Notes: generated from the sequence alone by a model not told the origin. A DNA stretch of 64,000 nucleotides from an uncultured Actinomyces sp. (GCA_964345595.1 CAYFRL010000001.1:48818-112817), one strand, 5' to 3'; positions 40,273-50,933 are shown, counted from the stretch's first letter. Made by a program: numbers and translations.

Positions 40273-41049
40273 GTGTGTGCAGCCGATTCCGGTGATAACG
40301 CGCCAGCAGCCGTCTTCCGGCAGACTGGCCAAGTCGCTTCAATTCTAGTTGACGGTGTTGAGCAAAGCAGGATCGACCTGTCCAGGCCTGACCGCCTCGA
40401 ATTTGAGTACATGGAACAGATGGACACTGTTGTCGAGTTGGCGTTTCCCCTCCCAAACCCAATTCGGGCCGTCCACGTGGGCGGCTGTGGCTGCGCTCTG
40501 GCTTGGGCGTGGAGCATAGCAAGGCCGGGATCGAAGCAACTTGCTGTCGAGATCGATGGACAATTGGCGGAAAGAGTGCGCGAGTGGCTCCCACTGCCAC
40601 GTAAGCCCGAGCTGCGAATACGCGTGGGTGACGGGCGAGACGTACTGTCGAACAGTCAGGCTTCTTTTAGCGTGATCGTGCGCGATGCATTCAGGGCCCG
40701 AGAGGTCCCCGCGCCACTCCAGACAGTGGAATGGCACGTAGTCGCCAAGCAGCGGCTTTCAAGTGGGGGTCTCTACCTGGCGAACGCCGCGCATGGAGGC
40801 GGCGCGGATAGCCGTCCCGACGTTGCCGCCGCGTTGCAGGTATTCAAACACGTCGCACTGATCGGAGAGTCCAAAGTCTTGAAGAGCGCGCGGTGGGGCA
40901 ATCTAGTTATCGCCGGGTGGGACAGTCCCGGTTTGCTGGATGTCCTCGAACTGGACAGGAGGCTCCGCCGTCTCTCCATGCCTGTTCAAGTTTTCGCGGG
41001 AGAACGACTGCGGAAGTGGTTGGGAGGGCGAGCCCCCGCAAAGGACTAG
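40273..41049 (+). CDS. Spermidine-synthase-like class I methyltransferase-fold protein
   Basis: 258 aa; VHVGGCGCALA Gly-rich loop, VEIDGQLAE and VIVRDAF motifs resemble spermidine synthase-like proteins. Function unknown, start uncertain. Confidence 0.5.
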   Translation: MCAADSGDNAPAAVFRQTGQVASILVDGVEQSRIDLSRPDRLEFEYMEQMDTVVELAFPLPNPIRAVHVGGCGCALAWAWSIARPGSKQLAVEIDGQLAERVREWLPLPRKPELRIRVGDGRDVLSNSQASFSVIVRDAFRAREVPAPLQTVEWHVVAKQRLSSGGLYLANAAHGGGADSRPDVAAALQVFKHVALIGESKVLKSARWGNLVIAGWDSPGLLDVLELDRRLRRLSMPVQVFAGERLRKWLGGRAPAKD

Positions 41050-41059
41050 CCGAAAAGGA

Positions 41060-42103
41060 TTAGTCCTTTTCCCAGGGCCGCGGAGCCCGATGCTTGGGGC
41101 CGTCATCCGCGTCGTCGTCCTGATCCGCTTCTGACGTCTCAGTCTTGCTCTGTGCACGCAAGTATTGCTCGATCGCCTCTCCAAGCGCGTCAGCCACAGA
41201 GCCTTCGTCTCCGTCCTTCTTCTTGTCGGAGGTCGGGCTGACCTCTTGGTCATCCCCTGTCCGCACGTGAGCTAAGCCGCCAACAGATCCCGCGGTGAGA
41301 GGGCTATTTGGGCTGGCTGCCATCTGGTCGTAGTGCGTCTCCAGTGCTTCAATGGTGCGAAGAACGTCCGGGTTCTGGGAAACCAGGCTCTCTACCTGAT
41401 CCGCGTCAGCGTCAGCGCCTTCCTCCAGGTCCCCTACCGGTAGAGAGAGGTCCGTCATATCCGATAGGCGTCGCAGCAAGGCCGAGGCTCCTTTCGGGAA
41501 AGATGAGTCAGCCATGTAGTAAGGCACCGCTGCGTACAGGGTCATCCCATGCAGGTCTTGAGCCGAGAGGCGGTATTGCATGAACTGGGTCAGAGGCGCT
41601 GGAAGCTGCCAGTTCCCCATCAGCGTCCCCTGCGATGGAATCAGGTCCTTATCGGTACTCTGCACGTGGACGGAAACTGGCCGGGTGTGCGGCACCGCGG
41701 CTGGGAAGCCGTAAAGCGACACAATCACCTCGACCCCCGCGCGCCCAGCGAGCTCGGCCACGTTCTGCGTAAAGGATTCCCAGCGGGCATCGGGTTCGGG
41801 GCCGTGCAGAATCAGGACCGGGGTGCCGGTATCATCGTGCACCAGATCAAGCGCGATCTCTGGCGCAACGACCCCTTGTGTTACCCAGTCCTCTACCACC
41901 ATTACTGGACGGTGCGATCTATAGTCGATGAGGCGATCTGAGTCGAACGTCGCTACGCGCCGCGGCGCCAGGTTGTTCAGCAACTGAATAACGCCCAATG
42001 AACCCGTCGATCCCGCGTCCATTGCTCCGTCAAAATGGGCGATCAAAATTGGAGCTTTGGCGTCCGCCGAAGGCCCTTCCTCATACAACTTTTCCCTGTC
42101 CAT
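41060..42103 (-). CDS. PAC2 (proteasome assembly chaperone 2-like) family protein
   Basis: APILIAHFDGAMDAGSTGSLG... matches actinobacterial PAC2-family N-termini; acidic C-terminal tail. ATG at 42103 follows GGAAGAGGGTG; the ORF track extends to 42169. Confidence 0.6.
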   Translation of the reverse strand: MDREKLYEEGPSADAKAPILIAHFDGAMDAGSTGSLGVIQLLNNLAPRRVATFDSDRLIDYRSHRPVMVVEDWVTQGVVAPEIALDLVHDDTGTPVLILHGPEPDARWESFTQNVAELAGRAGVEVIVSLYGFPAAVPHTRPVSVHVQSTDKDLIPSQGTLMGNWQLPAPLTQFMQYRLSAQDLHGMTLYAAVPYYMADSSFPKGASALLRRLSDMTDLSLPVGDLEEGADADADQVESLVSQNPDVLRTIEALETHYDQMAASPNSPLTAGSVGGLAHVRTGDDQEVSPTSDKKKDGDEGSVADALGEAIEQYLRAQSKTETSEADQDDDADDGPKHRAPRPWEKD

Positions 42104-42335
42104 TTTGTCACCCTCTTCCGAAGTTCTGCGGGTTGACCGAGTCGCCCGATATTGACGGCTCGCCCCCACTTTCTTTACACGTTACCGGCCAAGCGACAAC
42201 TTGGCGAGATTGACCGAAGAGATTGCGCTACCAGGTGAACGGCCGGGGACCCCCGGATGAGCGCGGTAACTCTTCTTGCAGAATTGCCCTGGCCGCCACT
42301 AGATAGGGAATAATAGATAGCTGGCAAGCACGGGG

Positions 42336-44594
42336 GTGAAGGTGCAAGAGCAAGCTTCCAGAGCAGACCAGCTGACAAAGGCTGATCAGGCGGAAATCGC
42401 AAGCGAGCAAAGCTTTGTTGACCTTGCCTACGCAAATCTGGACGAAAACCGCCAAAGGTACCGCGCTGCTCAAAGAGAAGTCGAGGGACAAGGGGCTTGG
42501 GGAACACCCCAGGCACGAACTGAACGGGACGCACTGGCCGCCCATTACGGTGATCAGGCGGCCCGCCTCGAAAGCATAGAGGACCGGCTGGTCTTTGGAC
42601 GGCTCGATTCGGTGGATAAGGATCGAATCTATATCGGTAGGGCGGGATTGCGCGGAGATGATGGCTCCCGACTCCTGGTGGACTGGAGGGCCCCGGCCGC
42701 CCAACCGTTCTATCAGGCAACCGCAATTGAACCCAAAGGAGTGGTTCGGCGCCGCCATATTTCCACTCATTTGCGGAAGGTCCGCGGACTTGAAGACGAA
42801 GTCCTGGACACGAACCATGCGCGTGAAAGTGGTCTCCAGTTCCAGGGCGAAGGCGCTCTCATTTCTGCTCTTTCTGAGGCGCGGCACGGCCGTATGGGAG
42901 ACATCGTCTCAACTATCCAGGCCGAGCAGGATGCAGTCATCCGGTCGGAAGACAAAGGTTTACTGGTCGTGCAGGGCGGCCCCGGGACGGGCAAGACGGC
43001 GGTTGCGCTGCACCGCGCAGCCTATCTGCTTTACACGCACCGGGAACGGCTTGAACGTTCGGGGGTTCTCATCGTCGGTCCCTCTCCCGTTTTCTTACGC
43101 TATATCGAGCAGGTCCTCCCATCCTTGGGCGAGACCGGCGTCGTGTCCTTGACCATGGGTAACCTCCTGCCTGGACTGTCGACCAATATCGCTGATGCTT
43201 TGCCGGTTGCCGAAGCGAAAGGCCACTTGACGTGGCTTCCCACTCTTCGCCAAGCGGTGCGCGGCTTGCAACGGGTCCCCGGGCGCGATGAAAGCCTGAA
43301 GATTGGCGGGCGAACTGCGGATCTCACTCGGGCCATGGTGACCGCTGCACGCACCCGCGCCCGGCGAACAGGCAAGCCTCACAACGAGGCCCGGGAAGTC
43401 TTCGCGCTCGAACTGGTGGAGGGGCTCGCCACACAGTTGGCGGGAGCGGATCCGGATCCAGAAACGATGCATTGGTGGCGAGAAGAAGTGCGCGCCAGCG
43501 CTGACGCTCGCCGTTCAATCAACCTGTGCTGGATGCCCACGGACGCTGTTACATTGCTGAGTCGTCTCTATTCACGCCCAGAGCTATTGAAAAGCGTCTC
43601 TCGCGGCCTTAGCGCTGCGGATCGCAAGTTGGTGCAGAGATCCTCCGGCAGTCCGATGACGATTTCTGATGTCCCCCTTTTGGATGAGCTTCAAGAGCTG
43701 CTTGGCGACTCTCCCCTATTGGGAAAAGCTCCTCGCCCACGCGCGCAAGAACCCGCTGAAGATGAGATTAGGCGCGCACAAGATGCGATTGACAGTCAGC
43801 AACTCGGCGGCGGCATTGTATCCGCTGAAGTTCTTGCCGAGCAGACTCGGGGCACGCGCGACTGGAAGCCGCTTGCTGAACGGGCGCGATCTGACCGAGG
43901 TTGGACTTACGGGCACATAGTTGTGGACGAGGCCCAGGACCTGTCACCGATGGAGTGGCACTCGCTCCTGCGCAGGTGCCCCTCGCAGTCATTCACCGTG
44001 GTGGGAGATTTGGACCAGCGCCGCGGTCATGTACGGCCAGATTCGTGGCTCGATGTGCTGGGACCAGCAGCCCGAGCCCTCAAAGACGAACGTTCTCTCA
44101 CCATCTCCTATCGCACGCCGCAGACCATCACAGAGCTCTCACAAGATGTCCAAGCCGAGGTCGGCTCTCCGGTCCGTTTTCCGCTCACCTCAGCCCGCGA
44201 GGTGCCGGATGCTCTTGCGGATACCCTCGTGGACCCCCGGGCGGACCTCCTGACCGTCGTTAAGGACGTTGTCGATCAGGAGGCAGCGCAGCTTGATGAG
44301 GAGTTCGGCACAGGCGAGGGCAGGGTGGGCATCCTGGTGAGCCAGGACAGAGCCCGCGAGTGGGCCGCAGATAACGAAGGAGTGTCCTCTTTCGAACAAC
44401 GGGTCAGTTTACTCTCCGTTGTTGCTGCCAAAGGTTTGGAGTTTGACACCACCATCATTGTGGAACCCGCCGAGATTCTGATGGATGGGCCAGGCGATCT
44501 CTTTGTTGCGATGACAAGATCGACTAGGCGTCTGCACAGCGTTCGATCCACGGAACTGCCCGACAGCTGGCAGAAACGACTTGGATCCGGCTGA
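42336..44594 (+). CDS. helD: HelD-like (class II, HelR-type) UvrD-family ATPase associated with RNA polymerase
   Basis: 752 aa. N-terminal coiled-coil/secondary-channel-arm-like region (RIYIGRAGL...LLVDWRAPAAQPFYQAT), Walker A VVQGGPGTGKTAVALHR, Walker B HIVVDEAQDLSP, C-terminal GLEFD...VAMTRSTRRL. GTG start. Confidence 0.8.
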   Translation: MKVQEQASRADQLTKADQAEIASEQSFVDLAYANLDENRQRYRAAQREVEGQGAWGTPQARTERDALAAHYGDQAARLESIEDRLVFGRLDSVDKDRIYIGRAGLRGDDGSRLLVDWRAPAAQPFYQATAIEPKGVVRRRHISTHLRKVRGLEDEVLDTNHARESGLQFQGEGALISALSEARHGRMGDIVSTIQAEQDAVIRSEDKGLLVVQGGPGTGKTAVALHRAAYLLYTHRERLERSGVLIVGPSPVFLRYIEQVLPSLGETGVVSLTMGNLLPGLSTNIADALPVAEAKGHLTWLPTLRQAVRGLQRVPGRDESLKIGGRTADLTRAMVTAARTRARRTGKPHNEAREVFALELVEGLATQLAGADPDPETMHWWREEVRASADARRSINLCWMPTDAVTLLSRLYSRPELLKSVSRGLSAADRKLVQRSSGSPMTISDVPLLDELQELLGDSPLLGKAPRPRAQEPAEDEIRRAQDAIDSQQLGGGIVSAEVLAEQTRGTRDWKPLAERARSDRGWTYGHIVVDEAQDLSPMEWHSLLRRCPSQSFTVVGDLDQRRGHVRPDSWLDVLGPAARALKDERSLTISYRTPQTITELSQDVQAEVGSPVRFPLTSAREVPDALADTLVDPRADLLTVVKDVVDQEAAQLDEEFGTGEGRVGILVSQDRAREWAADNEGVSSFEQRVSLLSVVAAKGLEFDTTIIVEPAEILMDGPGDLFVAMTRSTRRLHSVRSTELPDSWQKRLGSG

Positions 44595-44642
44595 TTTCGG
44601 ACAACTAAGGCCCCGGTTGTTTCCCGGTGGCACACTGGACCC

Positions 44643-45854
44643 GTGACTATTGCTTTACTTCTTGAGAACCCAAATGTTTGCGCCGATGAGATTTTCACGG
44701 ACGACGACATTGAAGTACGCCGCGTTGCGGGCAGCCTGGATGAGGACGAACTGATCGAAGCCCTCAGGGGCGTTCAAATCCTTGGTATTCGCTCGAAAAC
44801 TGAGGTTACCGCCAAGGTGATCGAGTCTTCCCCCTCACTCTTGGCTATCGGCGCGTACTGTATAGGGACCAACCAGATCGACCTGGACGCGGCTTCCAGG
44901 CATGGTGTCGCGGTATTTAACGCACCGTATTCGAACACACGCTCCGTTGTTGAACTGGCCATCGCAGAAATCATCATGATGGGCCGTCGACTGGTGGAGC
45001 GGAACAACAGCTTGCACCAAGGGATCTGGAACAAGTCCGCCAGTCACGCACATGAGATCCGGGGCAGGACCCTTGGGATCATCGGCTACGGCAGCATTGG
45101 GACCCAGCTCTCAGTGTTGGCCGAAGCCGTGGGGCTTAAGGTCATCTTCTACGACACCGCGGAACGCCTGGCACTTGGCAACGCCCGCCGGATGGGGTCA
45201 ATGGAAGAAGTGCTCCAAACAGCAGACGTCGTGTCGATCCATGTTACGGGTGACCCGTCGAACACGAACTTGATTGGCGACCGCGAACTGGCGATGATGA
45301 GACCTCGTTCCCTCTTCATCAACCTGTCGCGCGGTCACGTGGTCGACTTGGACGCACTGCGAGAGCACTTGCTGTCCGGCCATATTGCTGGGGCTGCAAT
45401 TGATGTATTCCCAGAAGAGCCCCGGTCCAGCGGTGACCCCTTTGTGTCTCCACTTGCTGATATCACGAACGTGATCCTCACTCCGCACATTGGCGGGTCG
45501 ACCATCGAGGCCCAGGAAGATATCGCGCGTTTTGTCTCTGGCAAGTTGCGCACCTACCTGAGGGACGGCGGCACTTACATGAGTGTCAATTTGCCTTCGA
45601 TTGCCATGCCCATAAATGCTGAAGCAACTCACCGGCTGACCTTGATCCACTACAACGTTCCCGGTGTCATGGCGAAACTGAACAAGGGGTTTGCTAAGGA
45701 TGGCATGAACGTGGTTGGTCAGTCTCTTGGCACCCTGGGCGAGTTCGGCTACGCGATCACTGACATTGCCGGAGACCTATCCGCGCAGAATTTGGAGGCG
45801 TTTAGAAGCATGGATTCCACGATTCGTCTTCGGTACATCGACGTGGCCAACTAA
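44643..45854 (+). CDS. serA: D-3-phosphoglycerate dehydrogenase
   Basis: 403 aa; NAD-binding GIIGYGSIGTQ, catalytic HIGGST region and a C-terminal ACT-like domain. Confidence 0.88.
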   Translation: MTIALLLENPNVCADEIFTDDDIEVRRVAGSLDEDELIEALRGVQILGIRSKTEVTAKVIESSPSLLAIGAYCIGTNQIDLDAASRHGVAVFNAPYSNTRSVVELAIAEIIMMGRRLVERNNSLHQGIWNKSASHAHEIRGRTLGIIGYGSIGTQLSVLAEAVGLKVIFYDTAERLALGNARRMGSMEEVLQTADVVSIHVTGDPSNTNLIGDRELAMMRPRSLFINLSRGHVVDLDALREHLLSGHIAGAAIDVFPEEPRSSGDPFVSPLADITNVILTPHIGGSTIEAQEDIARFVSGKLRTYLRDGGTYMSVNLPSIAMPINAEATHRLTLIHYNVPGVMAKLNKGFAKDGMNVVGQSLGTLGEFGYAITDIAGDLSAQNLEAFRSMDSTIRLRYIDVAN

Positions 45855-45908
45855 AGTGGGAACTTGAACGATTAGGTTCGTGGATACTGCCATGATCCTT
45901 TATCAATT

Positions 45909-47807
45909 GTGCAAAAGACTGGGGAGACAGTGAATCTTACGGATAGGTTGCGAAAGAACTACGCTCCCGGAGTGCCTTTTGAAGTCGCTATCCCAGACAC
46001 CAGACTGCACGACATGCTGTTCGCGTCAGCGAAGAGATACCCGGATCGAGTCGCTCTAGACTTCTTGTCAGCGCAGACAACCTACCGAGATCTGGTCCGA
46101 AAAGTACGGCAGGCTGCTTCCGTCCTTGAAGAAGCAGGGGTGCGAGCTGGCGACAGGGTTGCTCTGGTGATGCCAAACTGCCCCCAGCACGTGGAAGCAA
46201 TCTTCGCGATCAGCCTGTTGGGCGCGATCGTTGTGGAGCACAACCCACTTGCGCCTGAAGAGGAACTTCGCCACGAGTTCGAGCGGCACGGGGCGAACGT
46301 GGTGGTTGCCTGGGAAAACGCTGTCCAGAACTTGAGTTTCCTTCCGCCCTCAGCGACTGTCTTCGGTGTGAACCTAGCGGATGATCTGCCCAGGACGTCA
46401 CGCGCCCTGCTGCACCTTCCTTTGCCGTCTGTGAAGAAGAAGCGCGCGCTCCTTGGGGCCAAGACTCCTGCTCACGTTAAACGCTGGTCCAAAGAAGTGG
46501 ATCGGGCAGGCATCACTGTTGGATCCGGCGAAGGCTCCCCAGAGGACCCCGCGTTGCTCATCCACACTGGTGGAACGACTGGCGTACCAAAGGCGGTCAC
46601 TCTTACGCATCAGAACATTTGCGTGAATGCCGTCCAAGACGTCGCGTGGGTCCCACCCCTCCATGAAGGCGCTGAGACGTTCTACGCGGTGCTGCCCTTC
46701 TTTCACGCGTACGGATTCGGCATCTCTTTGATCGCCGCAGTTCATCTGGGTGCCACGATTGCGCTTTTCCCAAAGTTTGATCCAGCCCAGATCGCCTTGG
46801 CACAAAGAAGGTTGCCGTGCACATTCCTTGTTGGCGTGCCCCCGATTTATGACCGTCTGCTAGCTACCGCCAAAGAACTAGAAGTTGGTTTGGAGTCGAT
46901 CACTTACGCAATTTCTGGTGCGATGCCGCTTGATCCTGAACTTGCGGCGCGGTGGGAGACTGCAACAGGCGGATACCTGATCGAGGGCTACGGCATGTCT
47001 GAGGCGTCTCCGACGCTACTGGGTTCTCCCCTGTCACCAAAGCGGCGGCCGTCGACCCTCGGCATCCCCTACCCTTCCACGCAGGTGAGGATCGTTGATC
47101 CGGAGAACCCGGACCAGGATGTGGAAGACGGTGAAGTAGGAGAACTCTTAGCGAAGGGACCTCAGGTATTCCCGGGCTATTGGAACAACCCTGACGAGAC
47201 CGCACAGGTGCTGAAGGACGGCTGGCTACACACCGGGGATCTGGTCAAAGTCGTTGACGGGTTCATCGTCATGGCTGATAGACGAAAAGAACTCATTATC
47301 TCCGGCGGTTTCAACATCTACCCATCACAGGTGGAAGATGCCGTCCGCTCCATGCCGGGAATCTCCGATGTTGCTGTCGTCGGTATGCCTGGTGGGACCC
47401 GCGGCGAGGATGTCGTTGCCGCACTGGTGTTGGAAGCAGGCGCCTCTTTGACGCTCGCCGATGTTCGAGCCTGGGCGGAAAAATCTCTGGCGCACTACGC
47501 CCTTCCTCGTCAAATAGTGGTGATGCAAGAGCTGCCCAAGTCACAAATTGGGAAAGTCATGCGCAAACGCGTGCGAGAGCAGCTAGCAGACCTCCAAACG
47601 GGGATCGCGGACATCCAAACCGGCTTGGGAGAAAAGTTCGCATCAATCGCGTCTCAAGTTTCCGGGATGGCTGAGCAGGCTTCAGCCGCGGTTGCCAGCT
47701 CTCTCGATTCGGTGAACCCGCGCAGCGTGGACAACCAGCCGGATTCAGTGGACGAGGAATCAGAATCATCTGAAGACGGCGCAGGCACTGCTGAAAACGA
47801 GGCTTAG
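45909..47807 (+). CDS. fadD: Long-chain fatty acid--CoA ligase (AMP-binding enzyme)
   Basis: 632 aa; AMP-binding signature [23 protein letters not shown]...GFNIYP; about 70-aa acidic C-terminal extension. The start could be the GTG at 45909 or at 45930. Confidence 0.85.
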   Translation: MQKTGETVNLTDRLRKNYAPGVPFEVAIPDTRLHDMLFASAKRYPDRVALDFLSAQTTYRDLVRKVRQAASVLEEAGVRAGDRVALVMPNCPQHVEAIFAISLLGAIVVEHNPLAPEEELRHEFERHGANVVVAWENAVQNLSFLPPSATVFGVNLADDLPRTSRALLHLPLPSVKKKRALLGAKTPAHVKRWSKEVDRAGITVGSGEGSPEDPALLIHTGGTTGVPKAVTLTHQNICVNAVQDVAWVPPLHEGAETFYAVLPFFHAYGFGISLIAAVHLGATIALFPKFDPAQIALAQRRLPCTFLVGVPPIYDRLLATAKELEVGLESITYAISGAMPLDPELAARWETATGGYLIEGYGMSEASPTLLGSPLSPKRRPSTLGIPYPSTQVRIVDPENPDQDVEDGEVGELLAKGPQVFPGYWNNPDETAQVLKDGWLHTGDLVKVVDGFIVMADRRKELIISGGFNIYPSQVEDAVRSMPGISDVAVVGMPGGTRGEDVVAALVLEAGASLTLADVRAWAEKSLAHYALPRQIVVMQELPKSQIGKVMRKRVREQLADLQTGIADIQTGLGEKFASIASQVSGMAEQASAAVASSLDSVNPRSVDNQPDSVDEESESSEDGAGTAENEA

Positions 47808-48277
47808 TTTCCGTCTACTGGTTGGCGTTCGGCGTCAGATTGGCGTAGCGCCGAGATAGCTTCTTCGAAGTCATCGAGCGACTGGAATGAGGAGTACACG
47901 GACGCGAACCGCAGGTATGCAATTTCGTCCAGCTGTCGGAGAAACGGAAGAATTGCGCGACCCACTTCATCGGCTGATACCACCGACCGACCTGTTCCGC
48001 GCAGTGTCTCTTCCACTTGCTGCGCGAGAAGCGCGAGCGCATGATCCGATACTGGGCGCCCCTGGCAGGCCTTCTTCACGCCAGCTTCAATCTTCGCCCT
48101 GGAAAACGATTCAACGACTCCTGAGCGCTTCTCCACTGCGAAGCTAGATGTCTCCAAAGTTGTGAAGCGTCTCTTACAGTTCGAACACTCTCTGCGCCGC
48201 CTAATCGAGGCACCATCGTCGGCAACCCGCGTGTCCACCACCCTGGTGTCGTCGTGGTAGCAAAATATACAGCGCAC
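47804..48277 (-). CDS. nrdR: Transcriptional repressor NrdR
   Basis: Zinc ribbon CIFC...CSNC followed by an ATP-cone. GTG at 48277 lies 5 nt after GGGGAGG; the ORF-track N-terminal extension was rejected. Confidence 0.9.
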   Translation of the reverse strand: MRCIFCYHDDTRVVDTRVADDGASIRRRRECSNCKRRFTTLETSSFAVEKRSGVVESFSRAKIEAGVKKACQGRPVSDHALALLAQQVEETLRGTGRSVVSADEVGRAILPFLRQLDEIAYLRFASVYSSFQSLDDFEEAISALRQSDAERQPVDGN

Positions 48278-48339
48278 CTGTACCTCCCCTGTTCGTACAG
48301 GGAAACCGTAAGTGCTAAGTGAGTCAGATTGCAAGCGGC

Positions 48340-48852
48340 TCACTGTGCCGGGAGTACCAGCTCTTGCCCCACCAACAGGGTGTTATCGCTGAGTCCATTC
48401 AACTGCCTTATATCTTCAATCACCTGTTCGACAGGTCGTCCTGTATTCACCGCCATGGCTAGTGACCAGAGAGACTCACCCTGGCTGACAGAGTGCACCC
48501 AGGTCTCGCCGTCGTACGGGGCATCTCTCAGCGTCGCTCCAAGTCCTGCACCCAGGGCTATAACGGTTATCAGTGCCGCCAGATATTGAAGGGCCTTTCT
48601 TACCGTTTGGGCCTGCCACTCGAGTGCGCCCCGTTGCCTTTGCGGCGTCTGGAATGCGCGGGCCCGCACGGATGGGTGCCGTTGTAGCGCGGCCTGCCGC
48701 TGGTAGTCGTGACTGGTTGTGCGCGGCGCCCGTCTGCGCCTGCGCTCAGTCTCCAGATCAATCACAGAGTCTTGATCGCCAACCAACCAGCCCTCTTCGC
48801 AAAGAGCTGGTTTCCCGGCCCAATCAAATGGGCTTGGCTGCACTGCACTCAT
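48340..48852 (-). CDS. LysM-domain membrane protein (ChiZ/Rv2719c-like)
   Basis: Arg-rich N-terminus, one TM ([20 protein letters not shown]), C-terminal LysM ([11 protein letters not shown]...[18 protein letters not shown]). Divergent from lexA as chiZ is in mycobacteria. ATG at 48852 follows GAGGAG. Confidence 0.7.
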   Translation of the reverse strand: MSAVQPSPFDWAGKPALCEEGWLVGDQDSVIDLETERRRRRAPRTTSHDYQRQAALQRHPSVRARAFQTPQRQRGALEWQAQTVRKALQYLAALITVIALGAGLGATLRDAPYDGETWVHSVSQGESLWSLAMAVNTGRPVEQVIEDIRQLNGLSDNTLLVGQELVLPAQ

Positions 48853-48873
48853 TGGGCGCTCCTCACTAACTGA

Positions 48874-48967
48874 CAGAACACGTGTTCGTCGCACATGTGT
48901 TCGTCGAACACTTGTACCATAGCGGACTGCGCTTGGATTGTCGAGACACACTCGAACATTTGTTTCA
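48874..48967. promoter_or_regulatory. Cluster of four LexA (SOS/Cheo-type) boxes in the LysM-lexA divergent region
   Basis: Three abutting 15-bp units CAGAACACGTGTTCG / TCGCACATGTGTTCG / TCGAACACTTGTACC (48874-48918), plus TCGAACATTTGTTTCA (48952-48967) overlapping a TTTCAC-17nt-TAAACT promoter for lexA. Compare actinobacterial TCGAAC-N4-GTTCGA. Confidence 0.65.
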
Positions 48968-49102
48968 CTTTGCGAGATTCTGGCGTAAACTCAGTTGAAA
49001 GACGCCTAGGCACTCTGCTGAGCAGAGCCGGAACCCCAGCCGGAAAAGTGCCGATAGAACTGAATATCGCCAACGAGCCTGGCGCAAAAGGAGTGGAGAC
49101 CC

Positions 49103-49786
49103 GTGGCAAAGATACGAGTGAGTAAGAGACAGCAGCAGATTCTGGAATTTGTCCGGAATCACGTGGCAGAGTGCGGCTACCCGCCATCGGTGCGAGAGAT
49201 TGGTGCCGCGGTTGGTCTTGCTTCCCCGTCAACGGTGAAGCATCACCTGGACAATCTGGAGAAGGCGGGGCTAATGGTGCGCAGGGCCGGGTCGCCCAGA
49301 GCGCTTTTCGTTGATGAGAAGGTTTCACAGCAACTAGTGTCGCTGGAGCCTCCGACAGGTGAAGTGGCTCCGGTAGAAGAATCCGCGTTTGCCGCCTTCC
49401 GGGGCGACGATAACGTGCGCGAAGTGCCACTGGTTGGGCACATCGCTGCCGGCGTGCCGATCCTTGCCGAGCAATCCGTGGACGACGTTTTCATGCTGCC
49501 CACACGCATGACTGGAAACGGACACCTCTTTGCGCTCGAAGTTCAAGGCGATTCCATGATCGAAGCCGCTATTTGCGACGGGGACTACGTGGTCGTCCGC
49601 TCTCAGCAGACGGCGGATGAAGGCGAGATAGTGGCGGCGCTGCTAGATGATGAAGCAACGGTAAAGGTTCTATCGCACAAAGACGGGCACACGTGGCTGC
49701 TCCCCAGGAACAGTGACTACTCCCCCATATTGGGCGATGACGCCTCGATCCTTGGGAAAGTAGTCACTGTAATTCGCGCTATCTGA
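49103..49786 (+). CDS. lexA: SOS repressor LexA
   Basis: 227 aa; N-terminal winged HTH (ILEFVRNHVAECGYPPSVREIGAAVGL), cleavage-site region, S24 peptidase Ser (VQGDSM) and Lys (ATVK). GTG start after GGAGTGGAG. Confidence 0.93.
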   Translation: MAKIRVSKRQQQILEFVRNHVAECGYPPSVREIGAAVGLASPSTVKHHLDNLEKAGLMVRRAGSPRALFVDEKVSQQLVSLEPPTGEVAPVEESAFAAFRGDDNVREVPLVGHIAAGVPILAEQSVDDVFMLPTRMTGNGHLFALEVQGDSMIEAAICDGDYVVVRSQQTADEGEIVAALLDDEATVKVLSHKDGHTWLLPRNSDYSPILGDDASILGKVVTVIRAI

Positions 49787-49812
49787 AAAGCCCGACTCGT
49801 TTCTCCCGAGCT

Positions 49813-50802
49813 TTAGAAACCTAGCGAGCGTGCAACGGCGCGTATGTGATCCGCCGACGAGATGAGCCCGCTGAGTTCTTCTTCCGTAAGCGGTGGTCGC
49901 AGCACGCGTCCGGCACCCGCCCTGCCCACGATTGTCGGTGCCGCCATGCAAACATCAGAGATTCCCTGCCAGTCTTCCAGCAATGAAGAAATTGTTAGCA
50001 CCCGCGACTCATCGGACAGGACCGCTCGTGCGATGTTGGCTGCAGCAAGACCTATCGCATAGTTCGTCGCACCCTTGCCCTCGATGATTCGATACGCGGA
50101 TTTCACGACCTCTTCCGATATTTCATCGCGCAGTTCCCGATCAAAACGTCTGCCGCTCAGAGTCGGCCCCCACTCTGTCAGCGGGACGTTTCCTATCTCG
50201 GCAGCCGACCAGAGGGTCACCTGCGAATCACCGTGCTCTCCGGTCACGTAAGCGTGAATATTCTGGGTGGCCACGCCGGTTTCAAGTGAGACCAGATACC
50301 GGAGCCGGGAGGTATCAAGGACCGTCCCAGAACCGAAGACCTGCTGCCGTGGCGCACCGGAGATTTTAAGGGCCACGTAAGTGACCACGTCCACCGGGTT
50401 CGTAACGTACATGTAGACCGCGTCTGGCGCAACGTTCATCAGATCAGGCACTATTGTGCGCATCAAGTTCACCGTCGACTCTGCTAACTCGATGCGTGTT
50501 TGGCCTGGCTTCTGCTTCGCCCCAGCAGTGACGATAACGACGTCGGCACCACGGATCACTTCCAGATCGGAGGATCCGACGATCGACCCAATAGGGGTGA
50601 ACTGGATTCCGTGAGCCATGTCCAGCGCTTCAGCCACAGCTTTTGCATGATTAATGTCGTACAGCGCGATATCTCTTGCAACTCCCCGTATCGCGCAAGC
50701 ATATGCGATAGCGGTCCCCACTGCGCCAGCGCCAACGACGGCTATTTTGGATGGCTTCCCCGACGTGACGGGATACAGACTTGTTGCTCTGGCCTTTGGC
50801 AT
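49813..50802 (-). CDS. ldh: L-lactate dehydrogenase
   Basis: 329 aa; KIAVVGAGAVG Rossmann motif, substrate loop GAKQKPGQTR (Gln as in LDH, not MDH), catalytic GEHGDS. Confidence 0.88.
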   Translation of the reverse strand: MPKARATSLYPVTSGKPSKIAVVGAGAVGTAIAYACAIRGVARDIALYDINHAKAVAEALDMAHGIQFTPIGSIVGSSDLEVIRGADVVIVTAGAKQKPGQTRIELAESTVNLMRTIVPDLMNVAPDAVYMYVTNPVDVVTYVALKISGAPRQQVFGSGTVLDTSRLRYLVSLETGVATQNIHAYVTGEHGDSQVTLWSAAEIGNVPLTEWGPTLSGRRFDRELRDEISEEVVKSAYRIIEGKGATNYAIGLAAANIARAVLSDESRVLTISSLLEDWQGISDVCMAAPTIVGRAGAGRVLRPPLTEEELSGLISSADHIRAVARSLGF

Positions 50803-50933
50803 GATTCTCTCGATTCCTGTCGTGGTGCCTGCTAGCGCCGGATATCGGCTCTCTGTCCCCCCGGCACAGTCGATCTAACCCAAGTTTACTTTGGCCGCCG
50901 GTCAGCCCGACCGTTTCCGAGCGAAACAAATTG

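Noticed and set aside
42170-42335. Rifamycin-associated element (RAE) or other palindromic operator upstream of helD
   Set aside because: Only a short CCGGGG-AC-CCCCGG palindrome (about 42243-42256) is present. Nothing resembles a ~19-bp RAE-type inverted repeat as far as I can recall the consensus, so no regulatory call was made.
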